NCBI GenBank assembly: GCA_027859055.1
Contig: JAQIBO010000280.1
Location: 1-41,561 of the forward strand
Direction: 5' to 3'
Length of the DNA: 41,561 nucleotides
From: Spirochaeta sp.
Lineage (GTDB): Bacteria; Spirochaetota; Spirochaetia; DSM-27196; Alkalispirochaetaceae
The first letter of the stretch is position 1, and every line of letters starts with the position of its first letter. Shown piece after piece: positions 19,561 to 30,430 of this stretch. The translations under genes and the position numbers were made by a program. Below the pieces are notes generated by a model, which saw only the letters and a list, made by a program, of their open reading frames with translations, had not been told where the DNA came from and did not search any database.

Positions 19561-22092
19561 GTGTCTGACCGTCAGAATATGGATCGTATTATACCCGTTG
19601 CGATCGAAGATGAAGTAAAAGAAAGTTACCTGAACTACGCGATGTCCGTTATCGTCAGCCGGGCGTTGCCGGATGTCCGCGACGGGTTGAAACCGGTTCA
19701 CCGACGGATTCTGTACGGAATGAACGGCCTGGGGCTTCGCTCCGATCGCCCCTATAAGAAGGCGGCACGTATCGTTGGAGACGTCCTGGGTAAGTACCAC
19801 CCCCATGGTGATCAGAGCGTCTATGATGCGCTTGTCCGGCTTGCTCAGGAGTTCTCCATGCGCTACCCCGTCGTGGACGGGCAGGGGAACTTCGGCTCGG
19901 TAGACGGTGATCCCCCCGCGGCGATGCGTTATACCGAAGCGCGCATGGGGCGGGTTGCCGAAGAGATGCTCCGGGACATCAACAAGGAAACGGTTGATTT
20001 CGGACCCAACTACGACGACTCCGACGAGGAGCCGCTGGTACTCCCCGCCGCGTTTCCCTATCTGCTGGCCAATGGAGCGTCTGGAATCGCCGTTGGTATG
20101 GCGACCAATATCCCCCCGCACAATTTACGCGAGATCGCCGACGGTGTGGCGGCGATGCTTGACAACGACGAGATCACCAACGACGAGCTGAACGCGTACA
20201 TAAAGGGTCCCGATTTTCCCACCGGCGGAACGATCTACGGAACCCGGGGAATCCGCAACGCCTACCGCACCGGTAAGGGACGGATCCCGGTTCGCGCGCG
20301 CTTCGTCATTGAGGAAAACAAACGGGGCCGCGAGGTTATCGTCGTCCACGAGATTCCGTATATGGTCAACAAGGCCACGTTGATAACCCGGATCGCCGAC
20401 CTCGTTCACGACCGGAAGATCGACGGAATTGCGGATCTTCGCGACGAATCGGACCGCAACGGAATGCGAATTGTGATCGAGCTGAAACGGGATACCAACG
20501 TCAAGGTGATCCTGAACCAGCTGTTCACGCACACGCAGATGCAGGTCAATTTCAACGTCAATACCCTGGCGCTTGTGGATGGGCGCCCGCGGGTACTGAC
20601 GCTGCAGGACATCGTCCGGGCGTTTATCGAACATCGCCACGACGTGGTGACTCGTCGGACCCAATTCGATCTTCGGAAGGCTGAGGAGCGGGAACACATC
20701 CTCATCGGTCTCAAGATCGCCCTGGACAACATCGATGAGGTGATTCGAATCATCCGGGAATCCGCCGATGTCGAGACCGCTCGCAACGGGCTGATGAGCA
20801 CGTTTGAACTGTCGGAACGGCAGGCGCAGGCGATCCTCGATATGCGCCTCCAGAAACTCACCAGTCTGGAAACAAAAAAGATCGTCGATGAACTCGAAGA
20901 GGTCAGGGCGCTCATTCGGGAGCTCCGGGAACTCCTGGGAAGCGAGGAAAAACTCCGGGCTCTGATTAAACGCGAAACCTATGAGGTCGCCGAAAAATAC
21001 GGTGATGAACGGCGGACCAATATCGAGTACAGCGAGATTGAGGCGATCGATATTGAAGACCTGATTCAACGCGAAGATATGGTTGTGCTGGTCAGTCACC
21101 GTGGGTACATCAAACGGCTGCCGTACAGCTCGTACCGACCGCAGGGCCGGGGAGGGCGTGGCCTCAACTCGTCGAGTAATCTCCGGGACGACGACTTCAT
21201 CGAGCATATTTTCATCGGCTCGACCCACGACCACGTTCTGTTTTTCACCAGCGCCGGTAAAGCGTACTACCTGAAGGTCCACGAAATTCCGGAAGCGTCG
21301 CGGCAGGCGAAGGGTACCCACATCAAGAGCCTGCTTGAAATCGCCGCGGACGAAGATATCGCCTCGGTGGTACCGATGAAGGATTTTGACCCGGAGGTCA
21401 ATCTCTTCTTCGCGACCGCGCAGGGGCAGGTGGTGAAGATCCGCAGCAGCGCTTTTGTCAACGCGCGCCGCCGTGGAATCCGGGCGATCCAGCTTGTTGA
21501 TGGAGATCGGCTGGTGACGGTTCTTTTCACCTCCGGAGATGACAATCTCCTTCTGGTCAGTCGCCACGGCCAGGGTCTGCGGTTGCACGAGGAACATATC
21601 CGGACGATGGGGCGAAATACCCGCGGGATGCGCGGTCTGAAGCTCAAAAGCGGTGACGAGATCGCGGGAGCGTGTCCCGCACCGGACGACGGATACGTAC
21701 TCCTGATTACTGAATACGGTTCGGGAAAACGAACCTCTTTCGCGGAATTCACGTTGCACGGCCGCGGTGGGCAGGGGATGCGCGCTTTTTCCGTGACGGA
21801 ACCGCATGAAGAGGGCGGGGGAACCGGTGAAGTGGTTGCGGTTATCCCTGTTGTGGAGGGCGACGATTTTATGGCGGTTTCCGCGCAAGGCGTGACGATC
21901 CGGTTGCGGGCGGAAGACGTCTCCATTCAGGGACGGAGCGCGCGCGGCGTATCGGTTATGAACGTTGAGCGTCCCGATTACGTGGTTGGTGTGGCAAAGC
22001 TTGATGCGGCCGACCGTGATGCGGATGACGAACAGCCGGACGAACAGCCGAACGAAACTGCGGTCGAAACCGACGCGCCCGCGGACGAGTGA
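19561..22092 (+). CDS. gyrA: DNA gyrase subunit A
   Basis: [27 protein letters not shown], GyrA-box-like QGRGGRG, pinwheel CTD repeats. Confidence 0.97.
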   Translation: MSDRQNMDRIIPVAIEDEVKESYLNYAMSVIVSRALPDVRDGLKPVHRRILYGMNGLGLRSDRPYKKAARIVGDVLGKYHPHGDQSVYDALVRLAQEFSMRYPVVDGQGNFGSVDGDPPAAMRYTEARMGRVAEEMLRDINKETVDFGPNYDDSDEEPLVLPAAFPYLLANGASGIAVGMATNIPPHNLREIADGVAAMLDNDEITNDELNAYIKGPDFPTGGTIYGTRGIRNAYRTGKGRIPVRARFVIEENKRGREVIVVHEIPYMVNKATLITRIADLVHDRKIDGIADLRDESDRNGMRIVIELKRDTNVKVILNQLFTHTQMQVNFNVNTLALVDGRPRVLTLQDIVRAFIEHRHDVVTRRTQFDLRKAEEREHILIGLKIALDNIDEVIRIIRESADVETARNGLMSTFELSERQAQAILDMRLQKLTSLETKKIVDELEEVRALIRELRELLGSEEKLRALIKRETYEVAEKYGDERRTNIEYSEIEAIDIEDLIQREDMVVLVSHRGYIKRLPYSSYRPQGRGGRGLNSSSNLRDDDFIEHIFIGSTHDHVLFFTSAGKAYYLKVHEIPEASRQAKGTHIKSLLEIAADEDIASVVPMKDFDPEVNLFFATAQGQVVKIRSSAFVNARRRGIRAIQLVDGDRLVTVLFTSGDDNLLLVSRHGQGLRLHEEHIRTMGRNTRGMRGLKLKSGDEIAGACPAPDDGYVLLITEYGSGKRTSFAEFTLHGRGGQGMRAFSVTEPHEEGGGTGEVVAVIPVVEGDDFMAVSAQGVTIRLRAEDVSIQGRSARGVSVMNVERPDYVVGVAKLDAADRDADDEQPDEQPNETAVETDAPADE

Positions 22093-22101
22093 CAGACGAG
22101 G

Positions 22102-22710
22102 ATGAAACAGCCGGAAAAACCGGCACGGTTTGAGATTGAAGTAAAACGGTCACGCTTCATCGCTGAGATTGACGCGTGTACCGACCGTGAGACTGCGGAG
22201 GGAGTGATCGGCCGAAAACGGCTGGACCATCCCGACGCGGCTCATGTGGTCTACGCCTTCTCCATTGGAGACACAAATAATCGGCAATTTGGAATGAGCG
22301 ACGACGGCGAGCCGAAGGGCACGGCGGGCCGGCCGGCTCTCGAGGTTCTCAAAGGGAGCGGTGTCACCGACTGTGTCCTGACAATTGTGCGCTATTTCGG
22401 TGGGACCAAACTCGGAACAGGTGGACTGGTACACGCCTACGGGGACGCGGCAAAAGGGTGCTTCGCCGCTCTTACGACGAAAGAGAAGCGGGATCTGGTC
22501 ACCATTTCGCTGACAGTTCCGTATCCACTCCATGAAACTGTTCGGTCGGTTCTTGAAGCGAACGGGGTAAATATCTGCGAGGAAACGTTCACGGAATCGG
22601 TGGCGATCGCCGGGTGGGCGGATCGGGATCGGCTTTCAGCGATTCAAAAACAGATCTACGATGTTTCACGTGGAACAATTGATATCATCAGTGAAGACGA
22701 TTCGATGTGA
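22102..22710 (+). CDS. YigZ/IMPACT-family protein
   Basis: EVKRSRFIA, SDDGEPKGTAGRP, VRYFGGTKLGTGGLVHAY. Confidence 0.92.
   Translation: MKQPEKPARFEIEVKRSRFIAEIDACTDRETAEGVIGRKRLDHPDAAHVVYAFSIGDTNNRQFGMSDDGEPKGTAGRPALEVLKGSGVTDCVLTIVRYFGGTKLGTGGLVHAYGDAAKGCFAALTTKEKRDLVTISLTVPYPLHETVRSVLEANGVNICEETFTESVAIAGWADRDRLSAIQKQIYDVSRGTIDIISEDDSM
22662..22677. promoter_or_regulatory. parS site inside the yigZ 3' end
   Basis: TGTTTCACGTGGAACA, matches the parS consensus. Confidence 0.88.
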
Positions 22711-22716
22711 CAAAGA

Positions 22717-22732
22717 TGTTTCACGTGAAACA
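22717..22732. promoter_or_regulatory. parS site (perfect palindrome)
   Basis: TGTTTCACGTGAAACA. Confidence 0.92.
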
Positions 22733-22753
22733 AAGTGGCGAACGTGCCGGCAG

Positions 22754-23818
22754 TTAGAGGTTGTTCTCGAGGCGGAATTGCTTGACCACTTTCCGGTAGG
22801 AGGACATCAGCTCCGCCTTGTCACGGTCATTCAGAAATGCACCCTCAATAGCGGTCACATTGAGAGCTACCAGATCATCAATTGACAAACCGAAATACTG
22901 GCACGCTTTCATGTAGTCATCGGTCAGGTCGGTATCCTGAATCGTAGGATCATCGGAGTTGATCGTCACCGGAATTCCCGCGCGGTACAGGCGACCCAAC
23001 GGGTGGTTATGCTCATCTACCCAGGAACCGGTCTGGTAATTCGAGGTTATGCATTGCTCCAGAACGATCTTTCTGTCTCTGAGCAACGTCTGGAGCTCCG
23101 GATCGTCGATTGAGGTCGTACCGTGACCGATTCTCGCGGCGTGTAAAAGCTTGATCGAATCCCAGATCTGGTGCGAGGGAGTAACCTCACCGGCGTGGAT
23201 CGTTGCGCCGTACAAACCCTCGTCTTTCACGGTGGTAAAAAATTCGGTGAAGTTCTCCGGGGGATACTGGGTTTCATCCCCGGCAAGATCGATACCGACG
23301 ATCTCCGGTATTTCGAGATCCCGAATCGCGTGGTACAGATCGATCATCTCGTACTGATCCTGTTTACCGCGATTAAAGGTGATCAGATACCGAATACGAA
23401 GTCCGATAGCAGCAGCAGCGGTGTTTGCGGCCTTAATTACCAGACGGGTAATTTCCATCCGGTCAAAGTCGTTATGGAGCGCGAAATGCTCCGGGGAGAA
23501 GCGGAGTTCGATATAGAACAGGCCGTCATCGGCAAACCCGAGAACCGAATCGTGAACGATGTCCCAGACATCCTGGTGAGAACGGTACCAGTTGTTTTTG
23601 AACTTGGACAGAAACGTCAGGAAATCCGGTTCCGAATCCCGTGGAAACTGAACCGCTTTTTTGAACTCGGCCATGTCCGGGCTGTACCCGAGATCGTTCT
23701 TTTCCGCGATACGATGCAGCGTCGGGAGTGAGAACGCGCCTTCCAGGTGTCGATGGAGCTCGATCTTCGGAAAACTCTTCATGACCGTTTTGTTTGTATT
23801 AAAATCACCGTTCGCCAT
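22754..23818 (-). CDS. add: Adenosine deaminase
   Basis: PKIELHRHLEG, YIELRFSP, GIDLAGDE, TIHAGE, RIGHG, TINSDDP. Start could extend to GTG 23827. Confidence 0.88.
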   Translation of the reverse strand: MANGDFNTNKTVMKSFPKIELHRHLEGAFSLPTLHRIAEKNDLGYSPDMAEFKKAVQFPRDSEPDFLTFLSKFKNNWYRSHQDVWDIVHDSVLGFADDGLFYIELRFSPEHFALHNDFDRMEITRLVIKAANTAAAAIGLRIRYLITFNRGKQDQYEMIDLYHAIRDLEIPEIVGIDLAGDETQYPPENFTEFFTTVKDEGLYGATIHAGEVTPSHQIWDSIKLLHAARIGHGTTSIDDPELQTLLRDRKIVLEQCITSNYQTGSWVDEHNHPLGRLYRAGIPVTINSDDPTIQDTDLTDDYMKACQYFGLSIDDLVALNVTAIEGAFLNDRDKAELMSSYRKVVKQFRLENNL

Positions 23819-23923
23819 ATATTCCACTTTACTCGATTACGGGTACTCTGCAAGTACCTTACACCCTTTCCACTTTGTCGGCACATAGTTTCATAATCTG
23901 AAGCTACAAAATGGTGGAAATCG

Positions 23924-24658
23924 TCAGAGAATATGGTCCAGAAAGCGACGTGTCCGCTCCTCCGCGGGTGTATCGAACACCTGATTGGGTGTTCCCACCT
24001 CGATAACTTCGCCGTTATCCATAAACACGACCTTATCAGCTGCCGCGCGGGCGAAGCCCATCTCATGGGAAACCACCAGCATCGTCATACCGTCTTTCGC
24101 CAGTTGCAGCATCACGTCGAGGACCTCCTTGATCATCTCCGGATCCAACGCACTTGTCGGTTCGTCGAAAAGCATGACCTTCGGATCCATCGCCAGGGCT
24201 CGCGCGATCGCAACCCGTTGTTGCTGTCCGCCGGAAAGCTGATTGGGATACGCGTCCTCTTTGTCACCAAGGCCGACACGCTGGAGCAGCTCACGCGCAC
24301 GTTTCGCGCTGGTAACCTTATTACTCCGTTTTACCTTCCGTGGTGCCAGGGAGATGTTCTCCAGCGCGGTGAGATGGGGAAAGAGGTTGAAGTTCTGAAA
24401 GACCATTCCCACTTCTTCACGGATCTGACGGATGTTGCCGTGCGGGTCGGTGACGCGGTCCTCGTCGATGTAAATGTCACCCTTCGTGGCGGTCTCGAGA
24501 CGGTTGACGCACCGCAGCAGCGTGCTCTTTCCGCTACCGGACGGTCCGATGACAAGGACTACCTCCCCACGGGCAACGGTCAGAGATGCGTTTTTCACCG
24601 CTTCGATCGTACCAAATCGCTTGGTCACGTTTTCTATTCTGATTCTGTCAATTGCCAC
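23924..24658 (-). CDS. Polar amino-acid ABC transporter ATP-binding subunit (GlnQ-like)
   Basis: [37 protein letters not shown]. Confidence 0.95.
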   Translation of the reverse strand: MAIDRIRIENVTKRFGTIEAVKNASLTVARGEVVLVIGPSGSGKSTLLRCVNRLETATKGDIYIDEDRVTDPHGNIRQIREEVGMVFQNFNLFPHLTALENISLAPRKVKRSNKVTSAKRARELLQRVGLGDKEDAYPNQLSGGQQQRVAIARALAMDPKVMLFDEPTSALDPEMIKEVLDVMLQLAKDGMTMLVVSHEMGFARAAADKVVFMDNGEVIEVGTPNQVFDTPAEERTRRFLDHIL

Positions 24659-25454
24659 CGTGTTCCAACCTTTCTTCCATGATCGCGACCGCCTTCGAGA
24701 AAAAGAGCGTAAAGACGAGATAGATCAACGCAACCATCGTGTACGCCTCGAAATAGTAGAACGTCGTGGAGGCGTACTCGCGACCACGGCGAAGCAGATC
24801 GCTTACCGCGACGATCGATACGAGGGAACTGTCCTTGAGCAGGGCGATAAACTCATTACCGATCGGCGGGAGAATAACGCGCATCGTCTGGGGAATGATA
24901 ACAAGACGCAGCGCCTGGCGCCGACTCATGCCGAGCGCAAGAGCAGCCTCCATCTGCCCCTTTGGAATCGACTGAATTCCCGCCCGGAAGATCTCTCCCA
25001 TGTAGGCACCGTAGCAGACCGACATCGCAAGGATCGCCGCCACCATACGGTCAAGACTGAGAAACCGACCGAGAGCGAAATAGATGTAGAACAGCTGCAC
25101 CAATAGCGGAATACCGCGAATGACCTCGACGTACACCGTTGCCAGGCGACTGACGAACGTAATTCGCGAGATTCGACCAAGTCCGGTGATAAGACCGATT
25201 ATCAGGGCGAAGAAGATAGAGATCAGCGTAACCTGAAACGTTCGCAGAATTCCGTCAGGGAGAAAAGAGATAATCTCGAGGTACGGATCAGGTGAGAGAA
25301 CAGGAAGAAGAATCACCAGGCCGACGGCGCCGAAAAAACTGATGCGCCATGCAGAAAAAATGGAGGCCTCTCCCCGGTCGGGGATCAGCGCTCCATCACT
25401 GATGGTAATCTGCGTGTTCTTCCTGGAATCAGAATCGCCGCTTACCGAAGCCAC
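24648..25454 (-). CDS. Polar amino-acid ABC transporter permease
   Basis: [36 protein letters not shown] (EAA loop), LLKDSSL. Confidence 0.93.
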   Translation of the reverse strand: MASVSGDSDSRKNTQITISDGALIPDRGEASIFSAWRISFFGAVGLVILLPVLSPDPYLEIISFLPDGILRTFQVTLISIFFALIIGLITGLGRISRITFVSRLATVYVEVIRGIPLLVQLFYIYFALGRFLSLDRMVAAILAMSVCYGAYMGEIFRAGIQSIPKGQMEAALALGMSRRQALRLVIIPQTMRVILPPIGNEFIALLKDSSLVSIVAVSDLLRRGREYASTTFYYFEAYTMVALIYLVFTLFFSKAVAIMEERLEHGGN

Positions 25455-26203
25455 GTGTCTTTCAACTCCTCAACGGTGCCGTCGTTGAGAACCACCTCAA
25501 GGCCCGCGTTGACCATCTCGAGAACCTCGTCATTGCCCTTCTTCACCGCCACTCCGTAGAACTCTTCAGTGAACGCGTCACCAACGATTTGCAACACGTC
25601 GTTGTAGTTGTCGTTCTGCAGAACGTAGTCCGCGGCGATCGGCGTATCCGCAACCACGCCGGCGATGCGACCCTGCGAGAGATCCTCAATCGCCAGGCCA
25701 AGCTCGTCATAGGTTCGCAGTTCGACGCCGTCGGTGTTGCCAACCTCGATCGCTCCGGTCGTACCGATCTGGGCACCCACCGATTCACCGGCAAGATCTT
25801 CCAGGCTTTCCCAGTCGGACGGGGCATCCTGGCGGACGATCAGGACCTGACCGGCGTTGATATAGGGCGTCGAAAAGTCCATCGTCCGTTTGCGCTCATC
25901 GGTAATCGTGACCGACGAGATGACCGCATCGTAGTCACCGTTGGCAAGACCCGCGAAGATGCCGTCCCACGCGGTGTTCTGGAACTCAACGTTGAATCCC
26001 TCCGCTTCAGCGATCGCGTTCATCAGGTCAATGTCAAAACCGACTATTTCCTGATCTGTGTTCAAAAACTCCATCGGCGGCCAGGTGGCGTCGGTTGCAA
26101 CCGTCAATGTGGCCACATCGCTTTCGTCCTCGGGCTGGCACGATACCAGTCCAACCATGGCGACCAGCGCGATGGCCAGCAGACCAAGTGACATTCGTTT
26201 CAT
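25442..26203 (-). CDS. Polar/basic amino-acid ABC substrate-binding lipoprotein
   Basis: ATG 26203 after AAGGAG; lipobox LVSC; DATWPPMEF, GFDIDL, TITDERK, DFSTPY. Confidence 0.93.
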   Translation of the reverse strand: MKRMSLGLLAIALVAMVGLVSCQPEDESDVATLTVATDATWPPMEFLNTDQEIVGFDIDLMNAIAEAEGFNVEFQNTAWDGIFAGLANGDYDAVISSVTITDERKRTMDFSTPYINAGQVLIVRQDAPSDWESLEDLAGESVGAQIGTTGAIEVGNTDGVELRTYDELGLAIEDLSQGRIAGVVADTPIAADYVLQNDNYNDVLQIVGDAFTEEFYGVAVKKGNDEVLEMVNAGLEVVLNDGTVEELKDTWLR

Positions 26204-26296
26204 ACAACACTCCTTTTCTGAATTCGTGCATGAAGTTGTAAAAAATATACAGTCATTGGTCAATCGCTGAATATTTATTCGACCGGTTAGCTTCTC

Positions 26297-26325
26297 GTGA
26301 CAGATGTGTACCGTTCGGATATACT
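26297..26325 (+). promoter_or_regulatory. Probable promoter of parA-parB
   Basis: GTGACA-N17-TATACT. Confidence 0.55.
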
Positions 26326-26339
26326 CTCTGGTCAATACA

Positions 26340-27113
26340 ATGGGAAATGTTTTTACTTTCGCAAACCAGAAAGGCGGTGTTGGAAAAACAACAACTGCGA
26401 CAAACCTCGGTGCCTGCCTCGCGGAGATCGGCCATTCCGTCCTTCTTGTGGATTTTGATTCGCAGGGCAACCTCTCGTCGAGCGTGGGTGCAGACCGGGA
26501 AGGGCCGGGGATTTACCAGGTACTGAGCGGAGAGAAACGGATTTCCGACGTGGTGCAGGAAACCTCCCAGGCGGGGCTTTCGGTTGTTACCGGTGGTTCC
26601 GATCTGACCGGCGCCAACGTGGAACTGGTGAATGAAAGCAAGCGGGAGTTCTTTCTCCGTGAAGCGGTGTCATCCGCCCGTGGCGATTACGACTATATTT
26701 TCGTGGACAGTCCGCCGAGTCTGGGGCTCCTGACGCTGAACGCACTGGTTGCTGCGGACAACTGTATTATCCCGTTACAGACCGAGTACTTTGCGCTGGA
26801 AGGCCTTACCCAGCTGCTTCAGAACATCAAACGTGTCCAGACGGGATTCAACCGTGATCTCGAGCTGTTCGGTATTCTCTTCACGATGTACGACTCGCGC
26901 ACCCGGCTGGCCAACGACGTCGTTCAGGAAGTTATCGGCTATTTCGGAAAACGCGTGTTCCGAACGATCATTCCCCGAAACATCCGTTTGTCCGAGGCGC
27001 CGTCTCACGGTATACCGGTCAACCAGTACGATCCCACCTGTGTGGGAACGCGGAGTTATCAGAAACTCGCCGAGGAGGTCGTCCAACGTGTCACGGCAAC
27101 GACGACTCGGTAA
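26340..27113 (+). CDS. parA: Chromosome partitioning ATPase ParA/Soj
   Basis: NQKGGVGKTTT, DFDSQGN, DSPPSLGLLT, EYFALEG, IPRNIRLSEAPSHG. Confidence 0.95.
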   Translation: MGNVFTFANQKGGVGKTTTATNLGACLAEIGHSVLLVDFDSQGNLSSSVGADREGPGIYQVLSGEKRISDVVQETSQAGLSVVTGGSDLTGANVELVNESKREFFLREAVSSARGDYDYIFVDSPPSLGLLTLNALVAADNCIIPLQTEYFALEGLTQLLQNIKRVQTGFNRDLELFGILFTMYDSRTRLANDVVQEVIGYFGKRVFRTIIPRNIRLSEAPSHGIPVNQYDPTCVGTRSYQKLAEEVVQRVTATTTR

Positions 27114-28104
27114 GGGAATTGACGCGCTCCTGCAGGGCCGCGACATTACCAGCCTTGAAGCAGGAGAGATCAACTCTGTTGTCAGCGTACCCCTTGACCG
27201 CGTGCGGCCCAACCCGGACCAGCCGCGCAAAACGTTTGCGCCGGAGACGCTCCAGGAGCTGGCCCGGTCAATAGAGGAACGCGGCATCATTCAGCCGATT
27301 CTTGCGGAACAGCAGGACGACGACACCTACGTGATCATCGCCGGAGAACGGCGGTATCGCGCTGCGGCGATCGCCGGGCTGACCGTTGTGCCGGTTCTCC
27401 CGGGGGTGTTCTCCGAGGATGAAAAGCTGGAGATCGCTCTCATTGAGAATATCCAGCGCCAGAACCTGACGCCGATTGAGGAAGCGCGCGCGTACCGTGA
27501 GCTCATGGAACGCTCCGGTCTCAATCAGGAGGAGCTGGCCCACCGACTCGGCAAGAGCCGCCCCGCCGTCGCCAACAGCCTGCGCCTGCTGCGGCTTCCT
27601 GAAGAAACGCAGGAGCTTGCCAATAGCGGAAAGCTTTCAGCGGGACATGCGCGGACGCTCCTGGGACTGGACGACTCCTCGCTCATCGCCGATGTGACCC
27701 GCATTATCACCGCGGAAGATCTTTCTGTCCGGGCGCTGGAACGGCTGGTAACCCTCGTCAATCAGGGCCGTTCCGCCGATGAAGCGTTCACGCTGCTCAG
27801 CGGTGGTAGCGATGCACCCGCGACCACGACGACCACAGTTTCCGACCACACTGTCAATGACGCCACTACCGGTAGTGAATCGTCCCCTGGCGGAAGCACG
27901 TCCACCGCGCCGAAGGATCGTTCCGAAAGCGGCGGTGCGCCACGCAAGACGGTGGAAATGGAAGAGATACAGCAGCGCCTTATGGAACGCCTGGGCACCC
28001 GGGTGGTCCTGACCGGCACCAACGACCACGGCAAAATCGAGATCAGCTATCTTTCCATGGACGACCTGGATCGAATCGTTGAGCTCGTGGTAACCGACGA
28101 CTGA
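27088..28104 (+). CDS. parB: Chromosome partitioning protein ParB/Spo0J
   Basis: GTG 27088 after GGAGG; LGKGIDALL, PNPDQPRK, IAGERRYRA, ENIQRQNL, HTH KSRPAVANSLRLL. Confidence 0.95.
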   Translation: MSRQRRLGKGIDALLQGRDITSLEAGEINSVVSVPLDRVRPNPDQPRKTFAPETLQELARSIEERGIIQPILAEQQDDDTYVIIAGERRYRAAAIAGLTVVPVLPGVFSEDEKLEIALIENIQRQNLTPIEEARAYRELMERSGLNQEELAHRLGKSRPAVANSLRLLRLPEETQELANSGKLSAGHARTLLGLDDSSLIADVTRIITAEDLSVRALERLVTLVNQGRSADEAFTLLSGGSDAPATTTTTVSDHTVNDATTGSESSPGGSTSTAPKDRSESGGAPRKTVEMEEIQQRLMERLGTRVVLTGTNDHGKIEISYLSMDDLDRIVELVVTDD

Positions 28105-28735
28105 GCCACGGGCTTCCGTTACGCACAAATCGATACATGCGCTCTTTTCCCCTGCTGATACCGATTCGTCGCGAGGCGATCACCTCCCGGTTCCACCATG
28201 GCGCGTCGGGAAGACAGATCGATATTGCCGGTCCTGAGTTCGACTCCGGGTTTGATCCCGCGGCCGAACCCTTCCCGGCACCGCTGAGTATAATTGCCAT
28301 ACCGTCCCAGGATCCGTCGATTCCCAACGCCTGACACAGCTTTCCGGGACCTGAACAGAGGGCGCGAAGCGTCGGCGTGGCGACGTCGGTTGTGGCGGAA
28401 TGCGCACCAAACCGCCGTTGAGCCATCACGTCTATTCCGGTGGTGGGCTCAAGCGCCCGGATCAGGACCGCCTCGCCGACCCCCGCTGGAGCGGTTACCA
28501 CATTCAGGCACCAATGGATCCCGTACGACCGGTAGACGTAAATGTGTCCCGGCGGACCAAACATCGACGCGTTGCGCCGGGTGGGCCCGGAAAACGAATG
28601 ACTTGCCGGGTCATCGACCGTATACGCTTCGGTCTCCACGATAATTCCACCGATGGTGTCGGGATACGACCCGACGATGAGGCGCGCGCCGATCAGTTGC
28701 TGAGCCGTTTCGATTGTGGATTCAAACGTTGCCAT
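28043..28735 (-). CDS. 3-methyladenine DNA glycosylase (MPG/AAG family)
   Basis: IVETEAY..DPASH, YVYRSYGIHWCLN, AVLIRALEP, GPGKLCQALGI, RIGIS. Confidence 0.92.
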   Translation of the reverse strand: MATFESTIETAQQLIGARLIVGSYPDTIGGIIVETEAYTVDDPASHSFSGPTRRNASMFGPPGHIYVYRSYGIHWCLNVVTAPAGVGEAVLIRALEPTTGIDVMAQRRFGAHSATTDVATPTLRALCSGPGKLCQALGIDGSWDGMAIILSGAGKGSAAGSNPESNSGPAISICLPDAPWWNREVIASRRIGISRGKERMYRFVRNGSPWLSRRLPRAQRFDPGRPWKDS

Positions 28736-28763
28736 ACACCGTTCCCCGTACTACAGTGACGCA

Positions 28764-29801
28764 ATGATACTCCACGACCGCCTCCCCCGACGACCGATGA
28801 CCGACTACGGTATCCAGATTCCGATTCTCGGCTCCAACGCGGATCGGACGATCAAGTCGCTTCGCGAGGACCCCGAACTAGCCGCTTCCGAGCCGCAGTG
28901 GTTGATCGAGGAGGAACTCCCGAAGCTGTCCCGCCGTGAAATTGTACGAGTCCATGACGAAGCGTATACCGACCGACTTCTCGCCGCTTCCCGTGACGGC
29001 TCCGGGCCGTGTGAGACTGAGATGCAGCGGACATTTGAACTGGTGGATACCGACGGACGCAACCACCGTTACGAGCCGGAGAGCGCCCGGTTCAACCTGT
29101 GCGAGTTGCGTGACCAGAGCCTGCGCCTTGCCGGAGGCACGCTGCGCGGCGCCGAGATCGCGGTGCAAAACCCGGAGCGTTTCTGCTTCTACCTTGGCGG
29201 CGGGATGCACCACGGACAACGGGGGTGGGGTGAAGGGTTCTGTCCGATCAACGATCTGGTGATCGCGATCCGGGCTCTGCAGGCGGCCGGGAGCATTGAG
29301 AGCGCCTGGGTGGTGGACGTGGACGCCCACAAAGGTGACGGAACCGCGGCGCTCACGGCAAACGATGATACGATACAGACGGTGAGTGTCCACATGGCCG
29401 ACGGATGGCCGATGGACCAGCCGCGGATCCTGTCCGACGGCACTCCTAATCCCTCATTTGTACCGAGTACAATTGACGTGCCGATCGCCGCGGGCGAGGA
29501 GGGAGAGTACTTGTTCCGTCTGCAAAACGCGATGGAGCAGATGGAAGATCGGTTTGGGGTACCCGACTTTGTCCTGGTTGTTGACGGTGCAGACCCGTAT
29601 GAACGGGACCAGTTGCCCTCGGCGGAACTGCTCAAAATGACCGCCGCGCAACTGCTGGCGCGGGATGCGTATCTGTACCGTTGGGTTCGTACGCGCGCAG
29701 TGCCGTCCCTGTTTGTGATGGCCGGGAACTACGGGTACCACTCCTGGGAGGTGTACAGCCAGTTTCTCGCGGCGCAGCTCAAGGGTGAACTGGAGAACTG
29801 A
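28764..29801 (+). CDS. Histone-deacetylase-family Zn-dependent amidohydrolase
   Basis: GGMHH, GFCPIND, DVDAHKGDG, GADPYERD, MAGNY. Confidence 0.85.
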   Translation: MILHDRLPRRPMTDYGIQIPILGSNADRTIKSLREDPELAASEPQWLIEEELPKLSRREIVRVHDEAYTDRLLAASRDGSGPCETEMQRTFELVDTDGRNHRYEPESARFNLCELRDQSLRLAGGTLRGAEIAVQNPERFCFYLGGGMHHGQRGWGEGFCPINDLVIAIRALQAAGSIESAWVVDVDAHKGDGTAALTANDDTIQTVSVHMADGWPMDQPRILSDGTPNPSFVPSTIDVPIAAGEEGEYLFRLQNAMEQMEDRFGVPDFVLVVDGADPYERDQLPSAELLKMTAAQLLARDAYLYRWVRTRAVPSLFVMAGNYGYHSWEVYSQFLAAQLKGELEN

Positions 29802-29854
29802 GGTGACGAACGGTTGGGGACGTGCGGGGCCGTCGTAGTGTTGCGGACGCCCGG

Positions 29855-30277
29855 TTACCCGCGCCACTCGTCAAAGATCCGTCTGAGTTCCGTCGGAATG
29901 CGCATCGGCCGGCCCGTTTCGAGGTCCGCAAAGACGCCCTCCTGGACGACATCGGCGCAGATCTCCTCGTTGACTACGATATGGGCCGCCATGATCGCCT
30001 TGGCACCCCCGACGCTCTGAATCCACATCCGTCCCTGTACCGGTTCAAACAGTCGAACCGCCCGGCGGTACTGGATGTTGGTTCGCGTCAAAATTGGTGC
30101 ATACCCCGCGTCCAACTGCGGTTTGAGCGGCAGGTACGTTTCCAGCAACGCAAACCGAAGGTCCTCCAGCCATCTGATGTACACGATATTGCTGACATGA
30201 CCGGCGAAGTCGATGTCATAGGTTTTGACCTCCAGGTCCAACTGGACGAACAACGGCTTGTGATCGTGATGTGTCAT
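29855..30277 (-). CDS. Acyl-CoA thioesterase (4HBT/YbgC hotdog family)
   Basis: YDIDFAGHVSNIVYIRWLEDLR. ATG 30277 chosen because the longer ORF runs antisense through a tRNA. Confidence 0.88.
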   Translation of the reverse strand: MTHHDHKPLFVQLDLEVKTYDIDFAGHVSNIVYIRWLEDLRFALLETYLPLKPQLDAGYAPILTRTNIQYRRAVRLFEPVQGRMWIQSVGGAKAIMAAHIVVNEEICADVVQEGVFADLETGRPMRIPTELRRIFDEWRG

Positions 30278-30301
30278 GGCCCCATTTATACCGGGCTTTT
30301 G

Positions 30302-30331
30302 TTGACAAGGCAATGATCGCCTGAGTATAGT
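30302..30331 (+). promoter_or_regulatory. Promoter of the tRNA operon
   Basis: TTGACA-N18-TATAGT, 12 nt before tRNA-Ser. Confidence 0.7.
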
Positions 30332-30343
30332 GACCGACACACT

Positions 30344-30430
30344 GGAGAGATGTCCGAGTGGTTTAAGGAGGCGGTCTTGAAAACCGTTGTGCCTTTGCTG
30401 GTACCGTGGGTTCGAATCCCACTCTCTCCG
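30344..30430 (+). tRNA. tRNA-Ser(TGA)
   Basis: Acceptor GGAGAGA/TCTCTCC, anticodon loop CT-TGA-AA, long variable arm, GTTCGAATC T-loop, no encoded CCA. Confidence 0.96.

Noticed and set aside
22027-22056. GACGAACAGCCG repeat at the gyrA 3' end
   Set aside because: Low-complexity acidic tail ([10 protein letters not shown]), usual for GyrA
26749-27087. 113-aa N-terminal extension of ParB in the ORF track
   Set aside because: Lies inside parA; GTG 27088 has an RBS and gives the typical LGKG N-terminus
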